DNA of 64,000 nt from a virus: positions 1-64,000 of IMG/VR virus record IMGVR_UViG_3300038406_000196; one strand, 5' to 3'. Position 1 is the stretch's first letter. Each line of letters opens with the position of its first letter. Below are positions 7,853-15,616 of the stretch, in pieces. Both the position numbers and the translations under genes were made by a program. The notes under the pieces were generated by a model that worked only from the letters and a program-made list of their open reading frames with translations, made no database searches and was not told the DNA's origin.

Positions 7853-8924
7853 GGTTCCCATCCTCCCGTACCTCCTCGAGCAGAGATGCGATCCGGTGCG
7901 CCGGATGGCGAGCCGGGTTGTCGCTGCGGCGGTCGTAGCCTCGAGTCGTCACCGGCATGGCGTGACCCATCGCATCCTGGACGTCCGACAGCGGCACACC
8001 GGCCTCGAGGGACTGCGACGCGAAGGTGCGGCGGAGATCGTGTGGCATCACCCCGTCGGGGATGCCCGCTCGAGCGGTGATGCGCCGGATCAGCCGGTAG
8101 ACGTAGTGCCGGTCCAGCCGGCCGCCGTTGCGGGTGACGAACAGGGGGCGGCGGGGTCTCGAGCCTGGCGAGGTTGCGGGTAGCCGCTCGAGCGGCGGCC
8201 GGGCGGCCCGGTAGCCGGCGACCCTCGAGGCCACCTTCGGGGGGAACGGAACCCACCGGTGCTTGCCGCCCTTGCCCTCGAGGTTGGCACCCGGACCGTG
8301 CATGCCGGCGGTCAGGTCCTCGAGGTCCAGCCCGACGATCTCCGACTCCCGCAGCCCGCAGATGAGGGCGATGGCGATCAGCGCGCTCGAGCGGGGACCG
8401 TCCCGGTCGGCGACGGCAAGGGCGGCGGTGGCCTGCTCGAGCGCGAGGGCGGTGCCGAACGTGCCCGGCTTGCGGCGCTTGGGTTTCTTGCGGGGGTCCA
8501 TCCGGGTGATCGGGTTGTCGTCGGCGGCTAGGGCACGCTGGCGGACCAGCCAGGCGTACCAGCTCGAGACCACGGCCAGGCGGCGTGCTCGAGTGCCTTC
8601 GGCTTGGGTGTCGGCGAGTGCGGCGAGCCACAGTTCCACGTCGGCGGCTTCGCAGGCGAGCGGGTTGACTCGAGACCGGTAGCACCACCACAGGTAGGCA
8701 TCAAGGTTGTGGATCTTTTCGGGTTTGGGGTGGATGCATTGGCCGATGGGGTAGCCGCAGCCGTACAGGTCGACCCGGTAGGCCGCTCGAGTGTTGGCCC
8801 GCGGGTAGGTGGTGGCGAAGGCATCGGCCAGCTCGAGCAGCCGGCCGAAGTGGTGGTTGCTGGAGGCCAGGTCAGGCAGATTCACGGATACACCATAACG
8901 GTTGTTATGGGCGGTAGTGGTCAC
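7842..8924 (-). CDS. tyrosine recombinase (XerC/D-like)
   Basis: catalytic set GLRESE (R), GKGGK (K), PHDLRRT (HxxR), MGHA (H), TTRGY (Y); SAM-like N-terminus NTRAAYRVDL; exact start uncertain. Confidence 0.92.
   Translation of the reverse strand: MTTTAHNNRYGVSVNLPDLASSNHHFGRLLELADAFATTYPRANTRAAYRVDLYGCGYPIGQCIHPKPEKIHNLDAYLWWCYRSRVNPLACEAADVELWLAALADTQAEGTRARRLAVVSSWYAWLVRQRALAADDNPITRMDPRKKPKRRKPGTFGTALALEQATAALAVADRDGPRSSALIAIALICGLRESEIVGLDLEDLTAGMHGPGANLEGKGGKHRWVPFPPKVASRVAGYRAARPPLERLPATSPGSRPRRPLFVTRNGGRLDRHYVYRLIRRITARAGIPDGVMPHDLRRTFASQSLEAGVPLSDVQDAMGHAMPVTTRGYDRRSDNPARHPAHRIASLLEEVREDGNHAA
8888..8915. other. dif-like recombinase core site
   Basis: CCATAA-CGGTTG-TTATGG, same CATAA-N6-TTATG architecture as dif. 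Confidence 0.5.
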
Positions 8925-8987
8925 GACGCACCTCGAGGTGATGAGAACTGCGATTCTCGCGTATTACACATGGTCGATGGATGGGCG

Positions 8988-9010
8988 GCCGATAATGTAG
9001 CGCTATCGGC
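8988..9010. other. second dif-like/operator inverted repeat
   Basis: GCCGATAA-TGTAGCG-CTATCGGC. Confidence 0.5.
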
Positions 9011-9019
9011 TGTGTCACG

Positions 9020-10072
9020 CTAGATCTCACGACGGTTGCCCTCGCTGCGTAGACGCTGTTCCCAGAGCAGGTCTGCGGCGATCGGACTGATGCTCGTCCC
9101 GCCGCCCGCCAGGTCACCACCGAGGCATGCCCGGTCAGTCTGGCGGTACCCGCAGTCGATTGTCGGGCGAGCGTACGCACCCTCGTTGCCGGCGAGATCC
9201 ACCCGGTGCCAGCACGGCGCCACCTGCCGGTACCCAGCGGGGCCGTGGATGCCGGTACAGAACGGTCCGGCGGTGCAGTCGGTACGCTGCTCGGCGGGCA
9301 TGCCCCGCTGTTCGTGGATGAACCGGATTCCTGGGCAGGACGCCAGGCGTACAACGTCCGGGTTGTCGGCCAGCCGGCCCTTCCGCTCGTACTCCTCCGC
9401 GGCTCCCCAGCAAGCCGCCCGGCCAGCATGGAAGGTTGGGCCTGGGGCGCCGGGCACGAACCGGGACGGCTCCGGGAAGGTCACCGACCGCTGCCGGGTG
9501 GTGATCGGCTCCAGGCAGTGGGCGCACACTCCGGGCTGCGTGGTGGCTATGAGCCGGTCCATCCTCCGCGACTGGTGTGCCGCGAGGGTGCTGCGGTCCA
9601 TCTCCTGGCAAGGCCAGATGTGGCCATGGCAGGAGCACACCTTGTACGGCTCGCTGAGCACGACGAAGGGTGTGCCGACCAGCGGCCGGCTGCGGAAGTG
9701 CACCGTTCTGCTGCCATCATGCAGCCGCTGCGACGGCTCGCCTTCCTTGAGGATCATCGGGCCGCTCTCATGGCGAAGAACCGTGGTTCTCGGCCGGCCG
9801 ACCATCCACGCCCGCGGTCGGGCTGCCTCCCTGAGCCCTGACATGTACTCGTCCAGTCGGGCCCGTTCCTCATCACTGAGATCGATCTCCGGGACGGGCT
9901 TCGCTTCGGCCACCCTCCAGGCGCCGTAACGCCAGGCGACCAAGTCGCCCTCCTCCACGAGGGTTCCCCGCAGCCCGTCACGCAGGTTGTCGTATGTGGG
10001 CCGCCAGCGGTCAGGGTCCAACGCCCCGTTGTGGTACAGGCTCGGCAATGGCTCTCCCCTGTCAGTACCCAC
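9020..10072 (-). CDS. hypothetical Cys-rich phage protein
   Basis: 350-aa ORF with GGAGG RBS and overlap with upstream gene. Confidence 0.7.
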   Translation of the reverse strand: MGTDRGEPLPSLYHNGALDPDRWRPTYDNLRDGLRGTLVEEGDLVAWRYGAWRVAEAKPVPEIDLSDEERARLDEYMSGLREAARPRAWMVGRPRTTVLRHESGPMILKEGEPSQRLHDGSRTVHFRSRPLVGTPFVVLSEPYKVCSCHGHIWPCQEMDRSTLAAHQSRRMDRLIATTQPGVCAHCLEPITTRQRSVTFPEPSRFVPGAPGPTFHAGRAACWGAAEEYERKGRLADNPDVVRLASCPGIRFIHEQRGMPAEQRTDCTAGPFCTGIHGPAGYRQVAPCWHRVDLAGNEGAYARPTIDCGYRQTDRACLGGDLAGGGTSISPIAADLLWEQRLRSEGNRREI

Positions 10073-10247
10073 CGCAGTCCCCTCCGTTCCGCTGCGCCTT
10101 CAACGCCTCCGCCAGCCGTGCAGCCGACCGAAGATCCAACCAGCAGCCGCACGGGTAGACCGCTCCGAGGTGTGGACGACGGCACGGAGAGCCCCGGAGG
10201 CTGTCCGCTGGAGCCCGGCAGGACGGGCAAGCGATGGCGACGGTCAT
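10062..10247 (-). CDS. small zinc-ribbon-like protein
   Basis: CPSC...PCGC; ATGA coupling. Confidence 0.5.
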   Translation of the reverse strand: MTVAIACPSCRAPADSLRGSPCRRPHLGAVYPCGCWLDLRSAARLAEALKAQRNGGDCGGY

Positions 10248-10415
10248 GACTCGGCGCTCCTCGGCCGGCGCTGATCGCTGCCAGCGGCCGGCGCTACGTT
10301 GATACGGAGTATCGCGCTGACCCTCCGCCACTTCTCGTCGGACCACGGCGAGGCGGCTTCGGCCTGACGCCGGCCCCACTCCTGCGCCGACTCCGCGCTG
10401 TGCTCTCCCACTCCC

Positions 10416-10880
10416 CTACCCCCTTTCCGTTGATCTTGCGGACTCGGTCTCGGTTGGTGTCGGCACCGGCGCGGACGGCTCCACGGTCGGCTCGGCGCTG
10501 GGTGGTGGCGGGTCGGGAGGATTGGGAGGCTCGGAGGTCGGCACCGGTGCGGGCGGCGGCGGATCGGGAGTCGGCACGGCGACATCCGGTTCCGGCGCCG
10601 GGGCGGCAGGCGGCCGGGGAACGCCATCGGGCCGGCCGGCGGTCACCGGAGGCGGAACCCACCGGGGCAGAACCGGCACCGGCACGTCGGCGGCGCTCGA
10701 CACCTCCGGGCGGGGCGCCTCCGTCGTCGTCTGCGGCGGGACCGGGGTTGGCAGGTCGCGTGGCAGCAGCAGCGACGCCCACACCACCAGCGCCACCGGC
10801 CACAGGACGTTTGCGAGCGCGGCCCGTTTGGCCCACCGGTGCCACCACGGCCGGCGGGGTAGCGGGCGGACGGTAATCAC
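10416..10880 (-). CDS. membrane protein with Pro-rich tail
   Basis: N-terminal TM helix then Pro/Thr-rich; GTGA coupling to Fic. Confidence 0.55.
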   Translation of the reverse strand: MITVRPLPRRPWWHRWAKRAALANVLWPVALVVWASLLLPRDLPTPVPPQTTTEAPRPEVSSAADVPVPVLPRWVPPPVTAGRPDGVPRPPAAPAPEPDVAVPTPDPPPPAPVPTSEPPNPPDPPPPSAEPTVEPSAPVPTPTETESARSTERG

Positions 10881-11419
10881 CCCTCCCCTCCCCCATCCTG
10901 GTCGATCTTGCGCAGCAGGTACCGGGCGTACTCGTCAAACTCGCCCGGCTCACGGAACCACTCGTAGTAGTCCCACCGCTCCGACGCGCGCAACAGGATC
11001 GGAGCCTGGCCGAGCCGGATCTGATGCCACCAGAGCAGGAGTCGCCCCGTCCTCCCGTTGCCGTCGATGAAGGGGTGAATATGCTCGAACTTGACGTGCA
11101 TCGCCTGCGGGTCCAGCTCCTTCCACCGCTGCATGTCGCGGAGCCAGTCGGCGAGCAGACCCGACACCTGTTCCTGTGGCGGGCAGATCCGGCCGCCCAC
11201 CATCACCCGCACCTGCCGGAGCCGGCCGGCGTGGTCGCCCAACTGGGCGGCGGTGATGAGCTGGTGGGTGTAGAGCACCGTCTCCAGCGTCAGCCGGTCC
11301 CGGCGGGCCAGCCGGAGCCACGCCTCTTCCATCGCCGCATCCGCTGCCGGATCGTCGATGTTCTCGATCAGGTTGCTCTCGCGTAGGTGCTGGGCGGTCA
11401 GCCCGGCAACGTCAGCCAC
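10877..11419 (-). CDS. fic: Fic/DOC family AMP-transferase (copy 2)
   Basis: HPFIDGNGRTGR motif; N-terminal SNLIEN inhibitory-helix motif. Confidence 0.92.
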   Translation of the reverse strand: MADVAGLTAQHLRESNLIENIDDPAADAAMEEAWLRLARRDRLTLETVLYTHQLITAAQLGDHAGRLRQVRVMVGGRICPPQEQVSGLLADWLRDMQRWKELDPQAMHVKFEHIHPFIDGNGRTGRLLLWWHQIRLGQAPILLRASERWDYYEWFREPGEFDEYARYLLRKIDQDGGGEG

Positions 11420-11894
11420 TCCGCTCCCCTCCCCCATCCCTGTCGATCTTGCAGGTCCCCAACTCGTCCGCCAGCACCTCGTCAGGTGCGTACGCGAGCA
11501 GGTCGCCGAGCGCCTGCGCCCGCCGTAGCGCCTCCGGTGTGCCACGCACGTCAACCACCGGACCCACCCGGCGCTGCTCCACCGCGCTCAGCCGGCGGCG
11601 GAGGTGGAACGCCCTCCCCGACCACTCCCGCCACTCGCCCAGCGTCGGGTCGCCGACACCGTGGAGCTGCCGGACGGCTTCGGCCTCCAGCCGCGACTGG
11701 ATCGGGATGCCCCGGCTTGATATCGATGAGTGCCACACTGGCCCCCCAAGATCCAAAGCCAGTCATTCGTGCCCCGAGTTGACGGTCAGCACGACGGACA
11801 GGCCACCGGGGAGCAGCCGGCCGAAGCGTGGATGCATCGTCTCGACCGCCAGGCGGCAGTGCCAGTCGAGCGCCGTCCGCTGATGACGGTTCAC
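11412..11894 (-). pseudogene. hypothetical gene interrupted by one in-frame TGA (11763-11765)
   Basis: GTG start coupled to the Fic stop; VLTVNSGHE*LALDLGGPVWH continues in the same frame to 11412. Confidence 0.6.
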
Positions 11895-12439
11895 TCCCCT
11901 CCCCCATCCTGGTCGATCTTGCGCAGCAGGTACCGTGCGTACTCGTCCAACTCGCCCGGCTCCCGGAACCACTCGTAGTAGCGATGCCGCTCGGACGCGC
12001 GCAGCAGGATCGGAGCGTGGCCGAGCTTGAGTTGGTGCCACCACAGCAGGAGTCGCCCCGTCCTTCCGTTGCCGTCAATGAACGGGTGGATGTGCTCGAA
12101 CTTGACGTGCATCGCCTTCGGCTCCAGCGTTCGCCAGTCCATCCGCATCGTGCGCAGCCAGTCGTGCAGCCGGGCCCGCACCTCACGCCAGGGCGGACAC
12201 ACGCGACCGCCCACCTGGACGTTGACCCGCCGCAGCTTGCCCGCCTCCGAGCCGAGCTGGTCGGCGGTGATCATCTGGTGTACGGCCAGTACGCCCTCCA
12301 GGGTCAGGCTCGTGACCGGCGCCAGCCAGCGCCACGCCTCCTCCATCGCCGCATCCGCTGCCGGATCGTCGATGTTCTCGATCAGGTTGCTCTCGCGTAG
12401 ATGCTCGGCAGTCACGCCACCGAGCCCAGTGTTAGCCAC
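11891..12439 (-). CDS. fic: Fic/DOC family AMP-transferase (copy 1)
   Basis: HPFIDGNGRTGR motif; SNLIEN motif. Confidence 0.92.
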   Translation of the reverse strand: MANTGLGGVTAEHLRESNLIENIDDPAADAAMEEAWRWLAPVTSLTLEGVLAVHQMITADQLGSEAGKLRRVNVQVGGRVCPPWREVRARLHDWLRTMRMDWRTLEPKAMHVKFEHIHPFIDGNGRTGRLLLWWHQLKLGHAPILLRASERHRYYEWFREPGELDEYARYLLRKIDQDGGGE

Positions 12440-12899
12440 GAGGTTCGCCTCCTCGCATCACGCGGCCAGCCGCGGCGGCGATCTCCGGGTCGGCCATCAT
12501 CCGCCGGATGGTGTGCACCGGCACGTTGGGCACCGTCTGGGACCGGCCGCCGATCTGCTGCGACCGGGCGATCAGCTCCAGCGCGGTGGCGTCGTCCAGC
12601 CACCCACCCTCCGGCGCACAGCCCCACGGGCAGGCCATCGCCTCCACCACTCCCCAAAGCCGGCATATCACCGGACGCACCTCGAACACACCACAGGTGC
12701 CCATGAACGTGAGCGCCGGGCAGGGCGACGACAGCGGCGGAATCTCCACCCCACGCTCCCGGATGCGCTGCCGCTCCGCCAGGGACATGTCAATCGGCCC
12801 GCACGACTCCTGACATTTGCCCCGGCACTCCAGCCGGGGAAGCTCGGCGTACAGGGCGTCAAGCTGGGCATAGCGGTCAGCCGCCGTTGCCTCACGCAT
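12432..12899 (-). CDS. YkgJ/CxxCxxCC cysteine-cluster protein
   Basis: CRGKCQESCG...CPAL...CGVFEVRPVICRLW. Confidence 0.8.
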   Translation of the reverse strand: MREATAADRYAQLDALYAELPRLECRGKCQESCGPIDMSLAERQRIRERGVEIPPLSSPCPALTFMGTCGVFEVRPVICRLWGVVEAMACPWGCAPEGGWLDDATALELIARSQQIGGRSQTVPNVPVHTIRRMMADPEIAAAAGRVMRGGEPRG

Positions 12900-13566
12900 C
12901 CTCGGCCACCTCCTCGCGCTCGCGCCGCCGGTCGACAGCGATTAGGTACTCGTTGACCGCATCGCGGACCAGCGCCGCCAGCCACACCGTGTCCATACTG
13001 CCCACCGGAACCCCGGCAGGGTCGTCGCCGTCGTGGGCGTACAGGTTCGTCGGCACCTTCCCCCCGGTGTGCAGTCGCCAGCCGGATCGACCGGGCAACG
13101 CCAACAGGGCGCGAAACCGTGCCCGGTCGTCAGCGACGGGCCGGCCCAGCGGCTGGGGTGCCTCCGGTGGCGGCCGGGGTACGGGTGCGTCGGGAAGATC
13201 AGCACATGGGTCGGCCGGCGGTTCGACGGCCCCAGCGGCCGGGACTGACTCGCCGACTGCGGCACCCAACAGCCGGTACCGGCCAGGGTAGGCGCGTGCG
13301 GCAGCCTGCCCCCTGACTGCGTGCTGGATGTGATGGACCGCCGTGGTGAACTCGGCAAGGTCGGCGTCGTAGTTGTCACCGTGGGCGACCACGCGCTCTT
13401 TCAGGAGGGTCCACGCCTCGCCTACGAGCCGCACCACCTCGTGCTCGGCCTCGGTCAGCAACGCCTCGCGGTCGTCGCCCTGGTGGCCGGCCGGCGGGTC
13501 TGCCGACGTCGGCATAGGTCGGGACCGCCGTCCCGACCACACTGCTGGCACCCCATCAGGAGTCAC
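12892..13566 (-). CDS. hypothetical phage protein
   Basis: coupled ORF in operon. Confidence 0.55.
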   Translation of the reverse strand: MTPDGVPAVWSGRRSRPMPTSADPPAGHQGDDREALLTEAEHEVVRLVGEAWTLLKERVVAHGDNYDADLAEFTTAVHHIQHAVRGQAAARAYPGRYRLLGAAVGESVPAAGAVEPPADPCADLPDAPVPRPPPEAPQPLGRPVADDRARFRALLALPGRSGWRLHTGGKVPTNLYAHDGDDPAGVPVGSMDTVWLAALVRDAVNEYLIAVDRRREREEVAEDA

Positions 13567-13760
13567 CCTCGCTCGCCTCCTCCTCGGTGGTGGTCAGATG
13601 ATCGGCGTAGTGGATACGCGGCAGGCTGGCCACGTACACCTCGGCCGTCGGCAGGGTTGCCATAGCCAGCCCGGCCCGGAACTCGTGCAGGACCTCGGCA
13701 ACCCTGTCGAACTGCACGAGGAGCCGGTCGGCACTGGCGGACAGGTCCAGCATCGGCGGC

Positions 13761-14153
13761 TCATCCATCGGCATGGTTCTCCTCCTCGGTGACCTGGGTG
13801 GTGACCTGGCGGGCGATCTGGGCGGCCCAACTGCCGTACGCACTCCCAGGCAGCCGCGCACCTCGAATAGGGAGCAGATCCGGCGGTAGCGCCGTCCCTC
13901 CGATGATTGTGCTCTCGATGGCCTCCGCGATGTCCTCGCCGGCCTGTGCCCGGATGCGGGCGACCAGCGGTGAGCCGGGAGCGGTCAGCGCCTCCAGCAC
14001 CGCGCGGAAGCCGTCCCAGTCCAGGTGGTCGGCGTAGACGCACTCGGGAACGCCAGGGCAGTCCCTGGGGTCGGAGCACGCTCGGCAGGCGGTCCGGTGG
14101 TAGGCGTTGGCCGCCAGCTCTACGTCGGCGTCGGTGAAGCGGTCACTCGGCAT
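13761..14153 (-). CDS. hypothetical phage protein
   Basis: AGGAGG RBS, coupled ORF. Confidence 0.6.
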   Translation of the reverse strand: MPSDRFTDADVELAANAYHRTACRACSDPRDCPGVPECVYADHLDWDGFRAVLEALTAPGSPLVARIRAQAGEDIAEAIESTIIGGTALPPDLLPIRGARLPGSAYGSWAAQIARQVTTQVTEEENHADG

Positions 14154-14472
14154 CTGCGTCGACCTCCTTGCGCAGCGCGGCGACCTCGGCCGCAAGCCGT
14201 TCACGCTTGGCGCGGAGCTTCTCGGTGCCGGTGTGCGCCAGCATGAGGCAGATCGGCAGGGCGACCGGCCACGCGACGGCGCAGGCGATCCCGGCCCAGA
14301 CGGCGCGGATGAAGGCGCCAGTCCACCCGTAGCCCTCTTTGAGCCTGTTGTACTCGTCCCGCTTCTGGAACCACTCTCGCCTCGGCTGGTCGCCGAGAAT
14401 GCGCACGAACATGACGCGGCCGATGGCGCAGCCGACCAGCAGCCAGCCCCAGATGGTGAGCAGCACGATCAT
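14143..14472 (-). CDS. small membrane protein
   Basis: two hydrophobic segments; ATGA coupling. Confidence 0.6.
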   Translation of the reverse strand: MIVLLTIWGWLLVGCAIGRVMFVRILGDQPRREWFQKRDEYNRLKEGYGWTGAFIRAVWAGIACAVAWPVALPICLMLAHTGTEKLRAKRERLAAEVAALRKEVDADAE

Positions 14473-15101
14473 GACGGCTCCTCTCCGCTGGCCGGACGCT
14501 CGAACGAGGCCCGCAGGGCAGCCATCAGGTCCGGCACCGGAGCGGCCTCCTGCTCCGGCTGGCCAGGGCTGACCGGCTCCTCTCCGTTGGCATGCTCCGG
14601 CTTGACGCTGCGGGTGCCGTCGCGGACCTCGGCGGCCCATGTGCGGAGGCTCGATCGCTCCTCGGCCGTTCCGTGTGCGTCGGTGTCGATGGCGGCGCAG
14701 ACCGACTGGTCGGCGGCCCACTCCAGCGCGTCGGCGGCGGCGTCCCGGCGGATCCGGTCCGCATCGCCCACCTCCTCCTCCAGTCGGGCCACCTCGGCCT
14801 GCGCGCCAATCAGTTCCGGCTGTAGCCCGGCCAGCGTCACCCGTGCCTGCTGGTTCCACTCGCGATATTGGTCCCGGTCGGTGGTCACCTCGGCCAGCTC
14901 GGCGCGGGTCGCCGCCAACTGTCCCCGGGTTGCACGGTGACCGGCGAGTGCCACTTCGAGCATCCGGCGTTCTCCCGCGAACAGCGCGGCGTGCCGGTCC
15001 TGGTCGGCGAGCAGGGCGCCCACCTGGTTTGCCAGCCCCGGCGGGAGCATGTGCTGAGCCTGCTCGATGCCGGGTCGGTCCCACCCAGTCAGCTCTTCCA
15101 C
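14469..15101 (-). CDS. coiled-coil hypothetical protein
   Basis: heptad-rich; Ku-like tail PDLMAALRASF. Confidence 0.6.
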   Translation of the reverse strand: MEELTGWDRPGIEQAQHMLPPGLANQVGALLADQDRHAALFAGERRMLEVALAGHRATRGQLAATRAELAEVTTDRDQYREWNQQARVTLAGLQPELIGAQAEVARLEEEVGDADRIRRDAAADALEWAADQSVCAAIDTDAHGTAEERSSLRTWAAEVRDGTRSVKPEHANGEEPVSPGQPEQEAAPVPDLMAALRASFERPASGEEPS

Positions 15102-15616
15102 TCTGTCACCTCCCGAGGTAGCGCCAGCCGCTCACCAACGCGGGGGAAGTTCAGCGCGGCGAACTCACCGAAGTGGTGCCGAGCCGCTGCATCGTACGCG
15201 CGGGCCGCCTCAACCTCAGATGAGAACGTGCCGAGATAGATCCTGCGTCGGTTCACCTTGATGGCCGCTTCCCAGTTCCGCTCCCGGCGCCGGAGGTATA
15301 CGCCCTTGAATTGCGAGGTGCCACGCGTCTTACGCTGATTGGCGCGGTTCTGCTGGCTCGTCACAGGGCGCAGATTGCAGCGCCGGTTGTCCAGCCCGTT
15401 CCCGTTGATGTGGTCGGTCTGCGGCCAGCCAGTGAGTAGCTTGTGCATCAACTGCCCGGGACGGCGCCCATCGCCGGAATACAGTCTGCGCTTCGCGTAA
15501 TGGGTATGGAAGTCCTGAACCGCACACCAGCTAGGCCCCGCGAGTACTCGCTCGGCATCAGCATCGTCCACAAGGGCTACTAGCCCATGCCCAACTGGGA
15601 TCTCGATGTAACTCAC
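15089..15616 (-). CDS. HNH endonuclease with AP2 domain
   Basis: TDHINGNGLDNRRCNLR plus SQFKGV...WEAAI...YLGTFSSEVEAARAYD. Confidence 0.92.
   Translation of the reverse strand: MSYIEIPVGHGLVALVDDADAERVLAGPSWCAVQDFHTHYAKRRLYSGDGRRPGQLMHKLLTGWPQTDHINGNGLDNRRCNLRPVTSQQNRANQRKTRGTSQFKGVYLRRRERNWEAAIKVNRRRIYLGTFSSEVEAARAYDAAARHHFGEFAALNFPRVGERLALPREVTEWKS

Larger units (their letters stand above)
7559..8937. repeat. cluster of 22 CTCGAG palindromes
   Basis: counted at 7559, 7586, 7592, 7616, 7738, 7875, 7940, 8004, 8069, 8158, 8187, 8224, 8277, 8319, 8386, 8436, 8563, 8588, 8669, 8786, 8832, 8932. Confidence 0.95.
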
